From a virus (taxonomy: Duplodnaviria > Heunggongvirae > Uroviricota > Caudoviricetes), in the IMG/VR virus record IMGVR_UViG_3300025853_000035, positions 1 to 64,000 of that record: DNA of 64,000 nucleotides; one strand, given 5' to 3'. Below the pieces are notes generated by a model. It had not been told where the DNA came from. It ran no database searches and saw nothing but the letters and a program-made list of their open reading frames with translations. The position numbers were made by a program, and so were the translations under genes. This document shows positions 1 through 8,788 of this stretch, piece after piece; position 1 is the stretch's first letter; each line of letters starts with the position of its first letter.

Positions 1-128
1 GAAGGCATGGGCGGTTGACCAGCTTTTTTCGCCCGGTAAGGTTTGCGGCCATTCCACGCAAAGCGTGCCATCCACGGCGGAGCGGTAAAAGCGCGCTTTC
101 GGGCAGAATGCTAATATGAAAGCGCGGA

Positions 129-365
129 TCATGCCATTTCCTCCAACCAAGGGATCAAGGCGGGCTTATTCATACAAGAGCGCAGGCCGCCGGGGTAGCG
201 AACGGCGACGCTTTCGCCGATCGGGATGGCGCGCAGGGTTTCGATTGCGCCCGCCTTGTCGCCTTCATAGATCAGGGTGTCGTTTTCCCCGATGACGATC
301 GACGTTGCGCCGTTGCGGTCGCTGGGACCGACTTCGCGGACGGAAGAGCGATAAACCTTGAACAT
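129..365 (-). CDS. hypothetical small protein (79 aa, starts MFKVYRSS)
   Basis: ORF 129..434 trimmed to the internal ATG directly preceded by the GGAGACAGAC SD motif. Has its own upstream promoter copy. Confidence 0.45.
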   Translation of the reverse strand: MFKVYRSSVREVGPSDRNGATSIVIGENDTLIYEGDKAGAIETLRAIPIGESVAVRYPGGLRSCMNKPALIPWLEEMA

Positions 366-440
366 TGTCTGTCTCCTTGCTGTTGATTCGTTTCTAGGCG
401 AAGGGACTGATTCGGTCAAGCACTTATTCCACAAAAAGAA
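366..440 (-). promoter_or_regulatory. conserved phage promoter plus leader (family copy, minus strand)
   Basis: Reverse complement reads GTGCTTGACCGAATCAGTCCC..TAGAAACGAATCAACAGCAAGGAGACAGACAATG. TTGACC -35, 17-nt spacer, TAGAAA -10, conserved leader and SD. Confidence 0.6.
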
Positions 441-459
441 AGAGGGGGCGTTAGCCCCC

Positions 460-645
460 TCAAATCATATCCTCCGGCGGATCAATCCCATAGTCGCCCC
501 TTGGGACGCCTTGCGGGTCTTCCTCGCGCTCTATGCGGGCGATTTCCGCCTCCGCCTCCGCTATGGTTGCCCAGCGCGATAGGACGCGCTGACGCAGGAA
601 ACCGTCCGGGCAATGGACGACGGCGACGCGGTGGCGCTTACTCAC
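460..645 (-). CDS. hypothetical protein (61 aa)
   Basis: ORF only. Start overlaps the stop of the upstream ORF, suggesting translational coupling in the 1044->460 operon. Confidence 0.3.
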   Translation of the reverse strand: MSKRHRVAVVHCPDGFLRQRVLSRWATIAEAEAEIARIEREEDPQGVPRGDYGIDPPEDMI

Positions 646-844
646 CGCCAGCCGTCCGAAAGGATGCGGCGGACTCCGCTTCGCCCAGCCATTCTAGTGC
701 GGCGGCGATTTCCATATTGGAGTCGTGCAACTCCTCCTCGGAATAGTCGCCATATTGCGACCCCTGAAAGACGGCATCGCCGTGGCAGTGCAGGGCGTTA
801 ATGATGGTTGCGCGGATCGCGTCCGGCATCGCGGGCGTCGTCAT
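638..844 (-). CDS. hypothetical protein (about 68 aa, starts MTTPAMPD)
   Basis: Internal ATG of ORF 638..919 overlaps the stop of 841..1044 (ATGA coupling). Confidence 0.3.
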   Translation of the reverse strand: MTTPAMPDAIRATIINALHCHGDAVFQGSQYGDYSEEELHDSNMEIAAALEWLGEAESAASFRTAGGE

Positions 845-1044
845 GCCTTCGCGTCCTCCGCCACCGTGCCGGTGATCTCGACATAATCGATCTCGTATTT
901 CATCGAGTCGATCTGCCACGATTCGGACAGGTCCACCTCATATTCATACATGAGTTCGAGGGCCTGTTCCGCCGTCTCCGCTTCCACGACGACGCGCTGG
1001 TGCGTGAATTCCGTCACCGTATAATCAACGAAAAACTTGGGCAT
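841..1044 (-). CDS. small acidic protein (67 aa)
   Basis: ORF with SD GGAGACAGAC plus ATG and an upstream promoter copy. Acidic composition. Confidence 0.5.
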   Translation of the reverse strand: MPKFFVDYTVTEFTHQRVVVEAETAEQALELMYEYEVDLSESWQIDSMKYEIDYVEITGTVAEDAKA

Positions 1045-1118
1045 GTCTGTCTCCTTGTTGGTGATTCGTTTCTAGTATGCTCCGCCGATTCGGTCAAGCA
1101 CTTTTTCCATATTATCCG
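1045..1118 (-). promoter_or_regulatory. conserved phage promoter plus leader (family copy)
   Basis: Reverse complement: GTGCTTGACCGAATCGGCGGAGCATACTAGAAACGAATCACCAACAAGGAGACAGACATG. Confidence 0.6.
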
Positions 1119-1183
1119 GGCTGGGCGTTAACCTTAACGGATGGTAACGGATGACAGGAAAGGGAGGCTTTCGCCTCCCTCCC

Positions 1184-1597
1184 TTAGTTCAGGCCGTATT
1201 CTTCCCGAAGGGCTTCCGCCTCCTCCTCGGTCTCGACCAGCAAGGCGCGGCGGATCATGCTTGTCATGTCGGCGCAGCCGTCCGCCTCGCCTTTCTCGTT
1301 CAGTTCTTCGATCAGGCCCAGCCGGGCTTGTTCGGACAGGCGGGGAGGGGCGTCGGCGACGGAAATGTAGGTTTCGCCGATCCGGGTCAGATATTCCGAA
1401 TGATGATCCTCGAAATATTCCGCAATGGCGTCAGCCTTATCCTCCGGCATCGCCTTGTCAGGATATTCGGTTTCCCACCAGTCGGCGACAAACGCATAAA
1501 TTTCCTCTTCCAGCACTTTCGGCGATTCCGCCACATAGACGTTATTGCCGTTGCCGTGCTCGATGACGGCGACATAGACGGTCGGGCCTTTCTTCAT
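1184..1597 (-). CDS. acidic hypothetical protein (137 aa)
   Basis: ORF, strongly acidic (many D/E). Co-transcribed behind 1594..1875. Confidence 0.5.
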   Translation of the reverse strand: MKKGPTVYVAVIEHGNGNNVYVAESPKVLEEEIYAFVADWWETEYPDKAMPEDKADAIAEYFEDHHSEYLTRIGETYISVADAPPRLSEQARLGLIEELNEKGEADGCADMTSMIRRALLVETEEEAEALREEYGLN

Positions 1598-1875
1598 GCG
1601 GCGATCTCCTTTTGCTTCGTGGCGTTGATGATGGCCTCTTCGATTTGCTCAAAGCACGCCGTTGTTTCGATCCGCAGGCCGGACGCGAGAATAATCGTGC
1701 AATGGTCCCAGATTTCGCGGTCAGCGTCGTTCCAGACGTTCAGGACCGCAGCGACGTGAGGGACGGCGATCATGGCGAAGCCCGGTCCGCAATCATCGCG
1801 GCGCGCTTGCTTTTCCCATATGTCCACTTCGATGAAGCCCGGCATGGGACTGCGTGCGAAAAAATGATCCGACAA
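1594..1875 (-). CDS. hypothetical protein (93 aa, non-ATG start)
   Basis: ORF preceded by a GGGAGACACG SD-like motif and a promoter copy. Confidence 0.45.
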   Translation of the reverse strand: MSDHFFARSPMPGFIEVDIWEKQARRDDCGPGFAMIAVPHVAAVLNVWNDADREIWDHCTIILASGLRIETTACFEQIEEAIINATKQKEIAA

Positions 1876-1950
1876 ATCGTGTCTCCCTATTTGATGATTC
1901 GTTTCTAGGTGAGGGGACCGATTCGGTCAAGCACTTTTTCCACCGATCAA
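1876..1950 (-). promoter_or_regulatory. conserved phage promoter plus leader (family copy)
   Basis: Reverse complement: GTGCTTGACCGAATCGGTCCCCTCACCTAGAAACGAATCATCAAATAGGGAGACACG. Contains the palindrome TGACCGAATCGGTCA. Confidence 0.6.
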
Positions 1951-2081
1951 TGGTTAACGGGCTGGACCGCCGCGTTAACCTTAACGAATGGTTAGGACCG
2001 GCAAGCCAAAGCGGCCGGACTCAAGAGAGTCCAGCCGCCAAGATGATAAGGATGATGCCGCCTATTAGGCGCGTGATGGCT

Positions 2082-2483
2082 TCAATTATCGGCGATCTCC
2101 CATGTAAGGACGAACCACGCTTGGCAGCTTTCCGCGCCGTCGTCGTCCGCATCCTCGTCCGGCACCTCCAGCGAAGCATCGAAAATCCGGGCAGGATCGA
2201 CGCCATCGAATGTCGCGTCGATAGCGGCGGCGATTGCCTCGTCTGTCACCTCGTCCGGCACGCGGTCGCCCGTCTGGCGCACCTCGTCGATGAGTCCTTT
2301 CCGAACGTCGTCAACGGTCGAATTGCCATCGACATAGACGCCGAAAAGGCATTCGCCATCGCGATTGTGATGATCCTGCAAATAGCAGCCGATGCAGGTA
2401 TCGACATGAACCATAGCGACGCCAGAGTCCGCGTCTTCGCGGAATGTGGCCAGTTGCTCTTGGGTCGAGAGAGGGAAGGGCAT
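2082..2483 (-). CDS. acidic hypothetical protein (about 133 aa, starts MPFPLSTQEQ)
   Basis: Internal ATG of ORF 2082..2546 is preceded by GGAGACAGAC. The C-terminus is very acidic. Confidence 0.45.
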   Translation of the reverse strand: MPFPLSTQEQLATFREDADSGVAMVHVDTCIGCYLQDHHNRDGECLFGVYVDGNSTVDDVRKGLIDEVRQTGDRVPDEVTDEAIAAAIDATFDGVDPARIFDASLEVPDEDADDDGAESCQAWFVLTWEIADN

Positions 2484-2562
2484 TGCGTCTGTCTCCTGTG
2501 CGACATTGCACGCCATCTTGCTAGGGGAGGAGAGTGATTCGGTCAAGCACTAATTCCACCGC
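2484..2562 (-). promoter_or_regulatory. conserved phage promoter plus leader (family copy)
   Basis: GATTCGGTCAAGCAC element on the plus strand at 2536-2552, the same family as the other copies. Confidence 0.5.
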
Positions 2563-2571
2563 GCAAATGGT

Positions 2572-2812
2572 TAACGGGCTGGGGCTGGGCGTTAACCTTA
2601 ACAGATGGAGGAAGTCGTTAACCTTAACGCCGCGTTAACCTTAACGGCTCCGGCGTTAACCTTAACGAAGTGGTGGATTTTGTTAACCTTAACGAACCGT
2701 TAACACTAACTAAGTCGTTAACCTTAACGGATCGGTCGATTTCGTTAACCTTACCCGGCCGGCGCGGTTTCGCGCGCGTTAACCATCGGCTGGGCGCGCG
2801 GCGACGATCGCG
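2572..2812. repeat. direct-repeat array of GTTAACCTTAAC (about 8-10 copies, spacers 4-14 nt)
   Basis: Seen directly: CGTTAACCTTAACG units recur between 2572 and 2812, with variants GTTAACACTAAC and GTTAACCTTACC. Confidence 0.9.
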
Positions 2813-2835
2813 GGCGCGGTTTTCAAAATCAGATG

Positions 2836-3026
2836 CAAAATGACCTTCGTCCATAACTCCCGGCGCAAAATGGCCTCGGTCCATAGAATCGCAAAATGAC
2901 CTCGATCCATAATAGCAGATGCAAAATGGCCTCGGTCCATAATTTTGCAAAATGACTTCGATCCATGACTTCGGAGCGGTCGCGGGCGATCACCCAGCAA
3001 AATGACCTCGATCCATGACATGGGAA
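2836..3026. repeat. direct-repeat array of CAAAATGACCTCGATCCATAA (about 7 copies)
   Basis: Repeated aaaatgaccttcgtccataa, aaaatggcctcggtccatag and aaaatgacctcgatccataa units. Confidence 0.9.
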
Positions 3027-3829
3027 GGCCCGTGGGAGGCTCAGGGAGCGCCACAGGGCGTCAGGAGGCCCCAGAAGGCACCGGGAGGACCTGTTGAGGC
3101 TCCACGGCGCTTAGAACGGCTCTGAGGGGCCTCCAGACGGGCACTGTAAAGCCAGAATGGCGGTCGAAGCACCAGAAAACGGGTCAAATCCGCCATTTTA
3201 CCCTCTGAGGGGTCAATTTCCCGGCCTTATGTCGCCAAATGTCCGTTTTTCGACATTACACCGACAGTTTCACTTGACATTGGTGGTGGAGCCGACCCGG
3301 CCGGGGTCCGATTTGACGAACCATCTTTTACAACATTAGGCTGTAAAATCACAAAATCTTTTTTCGACTTTGCCCCTTCAAACCCGCAGAAAACTGCCAT
3401 TTTCCCTTCTAATATTCCAATCTACAGATTGTGTGACTTTAGTCGGTGCAACATTACCGGCGCGGCGCGGCCTCAAGGGGACGATCCGGGACGCCGGACA
3501 TGGGTCGTCGATCGCTTCCCGAGGCTTCTCAGGGCGATTTGTGGAGGCGGCTGGAGGATGTGATGGAGGTGGGAGGGGGGCGTGCTGCCCGGAAATGGTG
3601 GAGATATGGGTGGAAGGAGTGATGGAAAATCGAAATCCAACACCCCGGCCTATGTCCTGACGGGGAGGGTCCCAGAGGTCTGGAGAAAAGGGGTCCCCGG
3701 CCCTTGCTCTGAGGGGGAGGGTCCCCTAGTCTGTGTCGTGGGGACCGTCGGCCGGATGTCGTTCGTCGGGGTCCCCCTGATCGGCGGGACGGTGCGGATG
3801 CAGGCTGGCGGACGAGAGCATGGCGGGCC

Positions 3830-3957
3830 TTTTGTTAAGGTTAACGCGGGGAGGGGATTTGTTAAGGTTAACGGATTGGAAGGTTTCGTTAAGGTTAACG
3901 CGGCCGGCATTTCTGTTAAGGTTAACGCCGGGAGCGATTTCGTTAAGGTTAACGACC
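3830..3957. repeat. array of GTTAAGGTTAAC (6 copies), the inverse orientation of the 2572-2812 array
   Basis: tgttaaggttaacg repeated with 12-20-nt spacers. It is the reverse complement of the GTTAACCTTAAC unit. Confidence 0.9.
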
Positions 3958-4027
3958 GCCCGAATGTTCCCGAACGGGGTCATTTCGGTCAGATTCGGGC
4001 GGTTTTTACGCTAATGTTCCCGAACGG

Positions 4028-4088
4028 GAGCATCAAAATGACCTCGATCCATAATAACCGCAAGGCAAAATGGCCTCGATCCATAATT
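4028..4088. repeat. two further copies of the AAAATGACCTCGATCCATAA repeat
   Basis: caaaatgacctcgatccataa and caaaatggcctcgatccataa. Confidence 0.85.
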
Positions 4089-4106
4089 TTTGATTGGATG
4101 ACCGGC

Positions 4107-5870
4107 TCAGCGGTGGCCAGCGCCGGTCATCTTCTTCGTCCCGCGACGGGCCTTCTGCTTGGCCCATTTCAGATATTGCGAGGTGGCGTCCACTTGGTCG
4201 TCATTCTTGCCGTTAGGGAAGGCCACGAGTTCCTTCTCATAATCGGCAAGCCACTTGGCGCTTTCCGGCAGGTAGACCTGCCCGGCCTCGAACATCGGCG
4301 TCACTTCGTCGAAACGGAACGACTTGCTCGCGGTGCCCACCTCGATTGGGATCAGCGCGGTAGGAGCACCACCATTCGCCTTCAACTGGCAATAGGCCAG
4401 ACCGTTGCCCTTGGCTTCGACCAGCAGGGCGTCGGCGTCGTAGCGCTTCACCACGCGGGCGATCTCGGACGACAGTTCGACCAGTTCCATTCGCTTGCGG
4501 ATCACGTCCACCAGATAATGGTTCCGTTTGAGGTCTTCGATCCAGACCGTGATGACGGTGTAGTCGCTTCGCTCCTTGTCCGTGTTCGCGGCGTCAACCG
4601 AAACCACGGTGCGACGAATCTGGTTCTGCGTTCCCTTCTCAGGATCGGCCTTGGCCGGCGGATGGGTGTAGCGCTGGAACCATTCAGCATCGACCGCGCC
4701 GCCGCTCACGTCCATAGGCGTGCCCTGATACAGCGAGTTCCACGACGCGGAAGTCATATCGCTTCTGAGATTTTCCAATGCGTCGAGGTCGTAAACCTCT
4801 GGCCACAATGCTTCGCCGGACGCCCGGCCTAGAATATCGTTGTCTTCTTCGGCGATGGCGGGGAGATTAATAATTTCAAAGCGGTATTTTTTGCGTTTTC
4901 CCTCTTTTTCCTCAAGAGAATCAATGAGTTGGTCCGCAAAATCTTTTTCTATTTTTTCTTGCTCTTCTCTTTTTTCCCGTTCTTCGCGATCTGAGATGCG
5001 TCCGCAGAGGTCGTCAGAGTGCCAGCGGGTCATAATAATGCCCAGCGGGGAACCCGGCAGAAGGCGCGTGGAGAAGTCGTCTGAATACCATTTGAACGCG
5101 GTGTCGCGGATCGTCGGGCTTTCAGCGTCCTTGCGGCTCTTGTAGGGATCGTCCACCATACCGTAGTGACCACGGAAGCCGGAGATACCCTGTCCGACAC
5201 CCTTGCCGACATATTTGCCCTTACCATTGGTCAGTGCCCAATAGTCCATGGCGCGCATGTCGTGCTTGATCTTGATGTCGGGGAAGACGCGCTGGTAATC
5301 CTCAGACGCGATGATCTGGCGAACGGTTGCACCGATTTCCTTGGCGACGAAGTCCTGACTGTGCCCGGCTTGCAGGAACTTCTGCTTCGATCCGAACTTG
5401 CCGAACCACCACGCAGGGAAGTGGTGCGACGAGTGGGTCGATTTACAGTGCCCCGGAGGCATGGACAGCATGAAGCGCATGGTCTCCTTGGAAGCGGAGG
5501 ACATGAGCAAGTCTCCGATGAGTTTCTGGTGCGGCGACATGGTGTAACCATTCTCGCGCTGCATGAACTCATAGAAATCGTGGTAGCTCTCGCGCGCCAG
5601 TTCGATCCAGACTTCGTCCAGTTCGGCCTCGGCGAAGTCGATCGTCTTATCGAGCGTGGTTAGCTGCGTGTCGAGATCGTCGGACTGACTAAGCGTCCGA
5701 AGTGCTTGGTAGTCGTGGGGCGAGAGGGTTGTCTGCTTGCGGACTGCTTCCTCCACTCGCGTCTGCAAGGACTTGAGTGACTTGACCGATGAGTGCAAGC
5801 GTGTTTTGCGGTCCCGCTTGCTTTCCGCTAGTTGCATCTGCTTGTGCTTTCTCGAACATTTTGAGGGCAT
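4107..5870 (-). CDS. terL: terminase large subunit
   Basis: 587-aa ORF. ATPase region plus the MTRWHSDDL motif and a C-terminal nuclease region (VSVDAANTDKERSDYTV, GKNDDQVDA). The start is uncertain: the listed start overlaps terS by about 180 nt, and later Met codons exist. Confidence 0.8.
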   Translation of the reverse strand: MPSKCSRKHKQMQLAESKRDRKTRLHSSVKSLKSLQTRVEEAVRKQTTLSPHDYQALRTLSQSDDLDTQLTTLDKTIDFAEAELDEVWIELARESYHDFYEFMQRENGYTMSPHQKLIGDLLMSSASKETMRFMLSMPPGHCKSTHSSHHFPAWWFGKFGSKQKFLQAGHSQDFVAKEIGATVRQIIASEDYQRVFPDIKIKHDMRAMDYWALTNGKGKYVGKGVGQGISGFRGHYGMVDDPYKSRKDAESPTIRDTAFKWYSDDFSTRLLPGSPLGIIMTRWHSDDLCGRISDREEREKREEQEKIEKDFADQLIDSLEEKEGKRKKYRFEIINLPAIAEEDNDILGRASGEALWPEVYDLDALENLRSDMTSASWNSLYQGTPMDVSGGAVDAEWFQRYTHPPAKADPEKGTQNQIRRTVVSVDAANTDKERSDYTVITVWIEDLKRNHYLVDVIRKRMELVELSSEIARVVKRYDADALLVEAKGNGLAYCQLKANGGAPTALIPIEVGTASKSFRFDEVTPMFEAGQVYLPESAKWLADYEKELVAFPNGKNDDQVDATSQYLKWAKQKARRGTKKMTGAGHR

Positions 5871-6228
5871 CGCCCATCATCTTGAGGCATTCATTGGCGG
5901 CCTTGTATTCGCCGGCCGCCTGAGCGAACTTCACATTGGAAGCCATCATGTCCATGACACGTTGGAAGGTCCAAGCAGCCACTTCGACAGCGCTTTCGGG
6001 ACTGCCTGCGGCTTGCTTTCGGAGAATGTCGAACTCCACGCTTTTGCGCTCGATCTCCGCACGCAATTCTTCCACCCGTTGTTTCACGAGCGGCTGGCTG
6101 GCGAGGGTGCTGGCGTTCGAGCTTGATGGCTCGTATCCAGCGTTGGTGTAGGCATCTAGCTGCGTGCAGCCTTCGGCGAGGAACTTGGCGAAAAGCTCCT
6201 GCTTCTTGTTCAGGTAGGTTTGGGCCAT
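5689..6228 (-). CDS. terS: terminase small subunit
   Basis: MAQTYLNKKQELFAKFLAEGCTQLDAYTNAGYEPSSSNASTLASQ resembles P27-family terminase small subunits. The start sits at the stop of the RuvC-like gene. Confidence 0.65.
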   Translation of the reverse strand: MAQTYLNKKQELFAKFLAEGCTQLDAYTNAGYEPSSSNASTLASQPLVKQRVEELRAEIERKSVEFDILRKQAAGSPESAVEVAAWTFQRVMDMMASNVKFAQAAGEYKAANECLKMMGDALKMFEKAQADATSGKQAGPQNTLALIGQVTQVLADASGGSSPQADNPLAPRLPSTSDA

Positions 6229-6776
6229 TACTTGGGTGCCCCTTTTCTCTTGGGGAGGGTCCCGTTGATGAGACCGAGGTGGAAGGGTTGGGTGGGCTGG
6301 TGGCCCAACAGGATCGCGGAATAGAGGGCGATCAGAGCGGACTCGGCCCGGCCATGATCCATCTTGCGGGACCAGCCGGCGGTGCAATTCGGGAAGAGGA
6401 GCGAAGCGCGGTGCTTGGTCTGCTCCTTGTCGGCCGGGCACTGCATGTGCATCTTCCACTTGGCCGGGGCGACCGAAGCCATGGGGATGTCGAGGCCGGC
6501 GGCGATGCCGAGGGCGATGCCAGTAACCTTACCGAAGGTGAACGCGCCGACATGACCATCGTTCGGCGTCGATTGCACGTTTTCGATCGTGCAGTAGTCG
6601 AGCGGGAAATGCGAAAACGCCGCGACGTAGCCATCCACGTCGCAGCGCTTGCGTTCTTTGTCCCCGACCTTGACGATCAGAGTGGGGGTGTCCCAGAGGT
6701 GAAGCTGGAAATCTTGGAGATCGAGGACCGCGAGTGCCCCGGTCAGGCCGGGGTCGATCCCACCGATGAAGCGCAT
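6228..6776 (-). CDS. RuvC-like Holliday junction resolvase
   Basis: N-terminus MRFIGGIDPGLTGALAVLD matches the RuvC/YqgF fold signature. Confidence 0.7.
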   Translation of the reverse strand: MRFIGGIDPGLTGALAVLDLQDFQLHLWDTPTLIVKVGDKERKRCDVDGYVAAFSHFPLDYCTIENVQSTPNDGHVGAFTFGKVTGIALGIAAGLDIPMASVAPAKWKMHMQCPADKEQTKHRASLLFPNCTAGWSRKMDHGRAESALIALYSAILLGHQPTQPFHLGLINGTLPKRKGAPK

Positions 6777-7171
6777 GGGGAGACTTTGAACAGAGGGATG
6801 ACATTCCCCTCTCTGGTCTCCAGCACCGGCGGGCCGCCGGTGAAGAAGAGATCAAGTTCTCGGTAGGCGTCGAGGTAGCGGAGGATTTCTTCCACCGGTT
6901 CGACCACCGGGAGCTTCCTGCCATCGTCCAGAAGGATTTCGGTTGCAGGTAGAAGGGAGCAGAAGTCGGACTCTACACCACTTTCCTCCACTTTGTCAAG
7001 CAATGACTTGACAACAGCGATTTTGTCAATGTCAATCGAGACTGTCAGTGTTTCGATCGAGTCGGGCCGCCGGATCGGGACGGTGACCGGGAAGCTAAAC
7101 ACGGCGGCACTCCTCCGGGGTGGTCGGCCATGGCTCACCTTCCTCCGGGTAGAGAAACGGCGCAACGACAA
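6743..7171 (-). CDS. hypothetical protein (142 aa)
   Basis: ORF in the compact minus-strand operon. Confidence 0.4.
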   Translation of the reverse strand: MSLRRFSTRRKVSHGRPPRRSAAVFSFPVTVPIRRPDSIETLTVSIDIDKIAVVKSLLDKVEESGVESDFCSLLPATEILLDDGRKLPVVEPVEEILRYLDAYRELDLFFTGGPPVLETREGNVIPLFKVSPCASSVGSTPA

Positions 7172-7430
7172 GCATCCCGTTCGAGCCGACGGCGACCCAC
7201 TCCTCGTTCCCGTAGGTGAAGACCTCGACCGAGAAGCGGATTTCGTGCTGTGGGGTCAGTGCGTGCAGATCGTCATATTCGGCCGGTGGTGGGATCAGCT
7301 TCATGGGAGGCACCCACGACAGCCGCATCGTCGGACCGAAGCCGCGATGGTAGCGACTGAAACCCAGATGCTGCCAGAAGATTGCCGCCAGTGCTTCGCG
7401 GCTGGTCGGCGGTAGCTCAGCGGTAAACAA
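7095..7430 (-). CDS. hypothetical protein (111 aa)
   Basis: ORF only. Confidence 0.3.
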   Translation of the reverse strand: MFTAELPPTSREALAAIFWQHLGFSRYHRGFGPTMRLSWVPPMKLIPPPAEYDDLHALTPQHEIRFSVEVFTYGNEEWVAVGSNGMLVVAPFLYPEEGEPWPTTPEECRRV

Positions 7431-7803
7431 GATAGTCCTCCAGCTTGATGTCCGCGAGTTGGTGGAAGCCTTCCCATGGGAAGGGGTGAATGATGACGCG
7501 ATGACCGCAGACGAGTGATGCGAACACCGTGCCGCCGAGCATCGCGTCTTCCAACGTGAAGGTCAGCGTGACCGGTCGGATTGGGAAGGGGTCGATCCCG
7601 TCCTCGTCGTCAGGCTCGCGGGGATAGGAGATCGCGCTGCGGGCGGGGAAATAATCGACCACCACCTTGCGGCGCTTGGTCGCAGCCATGATCTGAGGGA
7701 CGCCAGCCAGCGCAGCCGCCTCCACCAATTCGGCGAAGGGTAGCTCCCGGCTCATGTGTTGGAACCCAGCGCGCGGATCATCGCGGCAGTGACCGGGTCG
7801 CAA
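7417..7803 (-). CDS. hypothetical protein (128 aa)
   Basis: ORF only. Confidence 0.4.
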   Translation of the reverse strand: MRPGHCRDDPRAGFQHMSRELPFAELVEAAALAGVPQIMAATKRRKVVVDYFPARSAISYPREPDDEDGIDPFPIRPVTLTFTLEDAMLGGTVFASLVCGHRVIIHPFPWEGFHQLADIKLEDYLVYR

Positions 7804-8093
7804 TCTGCGTCGTCGAGCAGGGCGACCAGTTCCGAGTAGGGAACATAGTAGCTCAGCGCGCCTGCCTTGATACCAACGATCGGATCGCGGGTGAGGGAAG
7901 GTGTGCTGTCATAGCTGACCCAGCGCGAATAGCTGATCGAGGTGATCGTGTGCTTGGGAAGCTCGACGCTCTCGAAATAGAGGTCTTTGGCGTTCGGACC
8001 GAGTTGATGTTCGTCGATCGCGATGAGAGAGGGGATGTAGTCGGTCGGGGCGGTCTTCGCGTTGTAGACCAGCCGATACCCGTGGGTGAGCAT
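7752..8093 (-). CDS. hypothetical protein (113 aa)
   Basis: ORF only. Confidence 0.4.
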   Translation of the reverse strand: MLTHGYRLVYNAKTAPTDYIPSLIAIDEHQLGPNAKDLYFESVELPKHTITSISYSRWVSYDSTPSLTRDPIVGIKAGALSYYVPYSELVALLDDADCDPVTAAMIRALGSNT

Positions 8094-8254
8094 TGATAGG
8101 GAACTCCGTGGCTTGAGGGCCTATGGTCAGCCAGAAGATACCCAATGTCAAGGGAAAATGGCGGTCAGGGAGGTTTGTAAAAATTACTGAAAAATCTAAT
8201 AAAACTGGTTGGACCGCTAACCCACGGTAATCCGCCGTCGTTTACGGAAGGTTC

Positions 8255-8298
8255 CCTACTATATTATATATTTATATATTTTTAATAATAAAGTATAT
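8255..8298. repeat. AT-rich tract (tatattatatatttatatatttttaataataaagtatata) in a 63%-GC genome
   Basis: Seen directly. Candidate DNA-unwinding element. Confidence 0.85.
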
Positions 8299-8499
8299 AA
8301 CCAAGAACCTTCGCATAGGGCCTCACCGGTCAGAACGGGGCGATCAGGGCAGACCTAATTCGTGGCTGGGCTGAATAAAAACGAAACGTAAAAGTTGGTG
8401 GCGGCTCAAAAAAGCCCGGTAAAATCGCTGTAACCCGCAGAAAACAGCCATTTCTACACCATCACTCGTCCCTTATCACCTCCTCTAATTACCTCTCCA

Positions 8500-8640
8500 T
8501 CACGCCCAAATCGCAAAAACCCACCCCGCCATCACGCCCATCACGCCATCTCGATCCCCTCCATCACGCCTCCTCGGCATCACGATCATCACGCCATCAC
8601 GATCATCACGCCATCATGGCCGTCACGTCAAAATGACACC
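8500..8640. repeat. iteron-like direct repeats of CATCACGCC and ATCACGATCATCACGCC
   Basis: ccatcacgcccatcacgccatc...catcacgcctcctcggcatcacgatcatcacgccatcacgatcatcacgcc. Confidence 0.85.
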
Positions 8641-8788
8641 CGAATATCCCGACAAAATGTCCAATAAAAAATAAAAAGACACCCGGCGGCCCCTGAAACC
8701 CTTGGAAATCCGTCGCTTTCACCTTCCACCACTTTTTCTAACATTTTGGATCGTTGACAATTATCGCGTGATGCACCATCATGTGAGA

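Noticed and set aside
129-365. MoaD/ThiS-like ubiquitin-fold call for the first small protein (internal GG near the C-terminus)
   Set aside because: The GG is not C-terminal (it is followed by LRSC...), and there is no other support for a beta-grasp sulfur-carrier. Left as hypothetical.
3582-4832. 416-aa plus-strand ORF
   Set aside because: It overlaps the strongly supported minus-strand terL gene for about 700 nt. Its 5' part lies in the repeat arrays; the translation is Gly/Arg/Val-rich, the mirror-frame artefact typical of high-GC DNA.
8500-8640. Possible CRISPR array (short direct repeats)
   Set aside because: The repeat units are 9-17 bp with near-zero or irregular spacers and sit next to an AT-rich tract. 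This fits iterons, not 28-37-bp CRISPR repeats with unique spacers.
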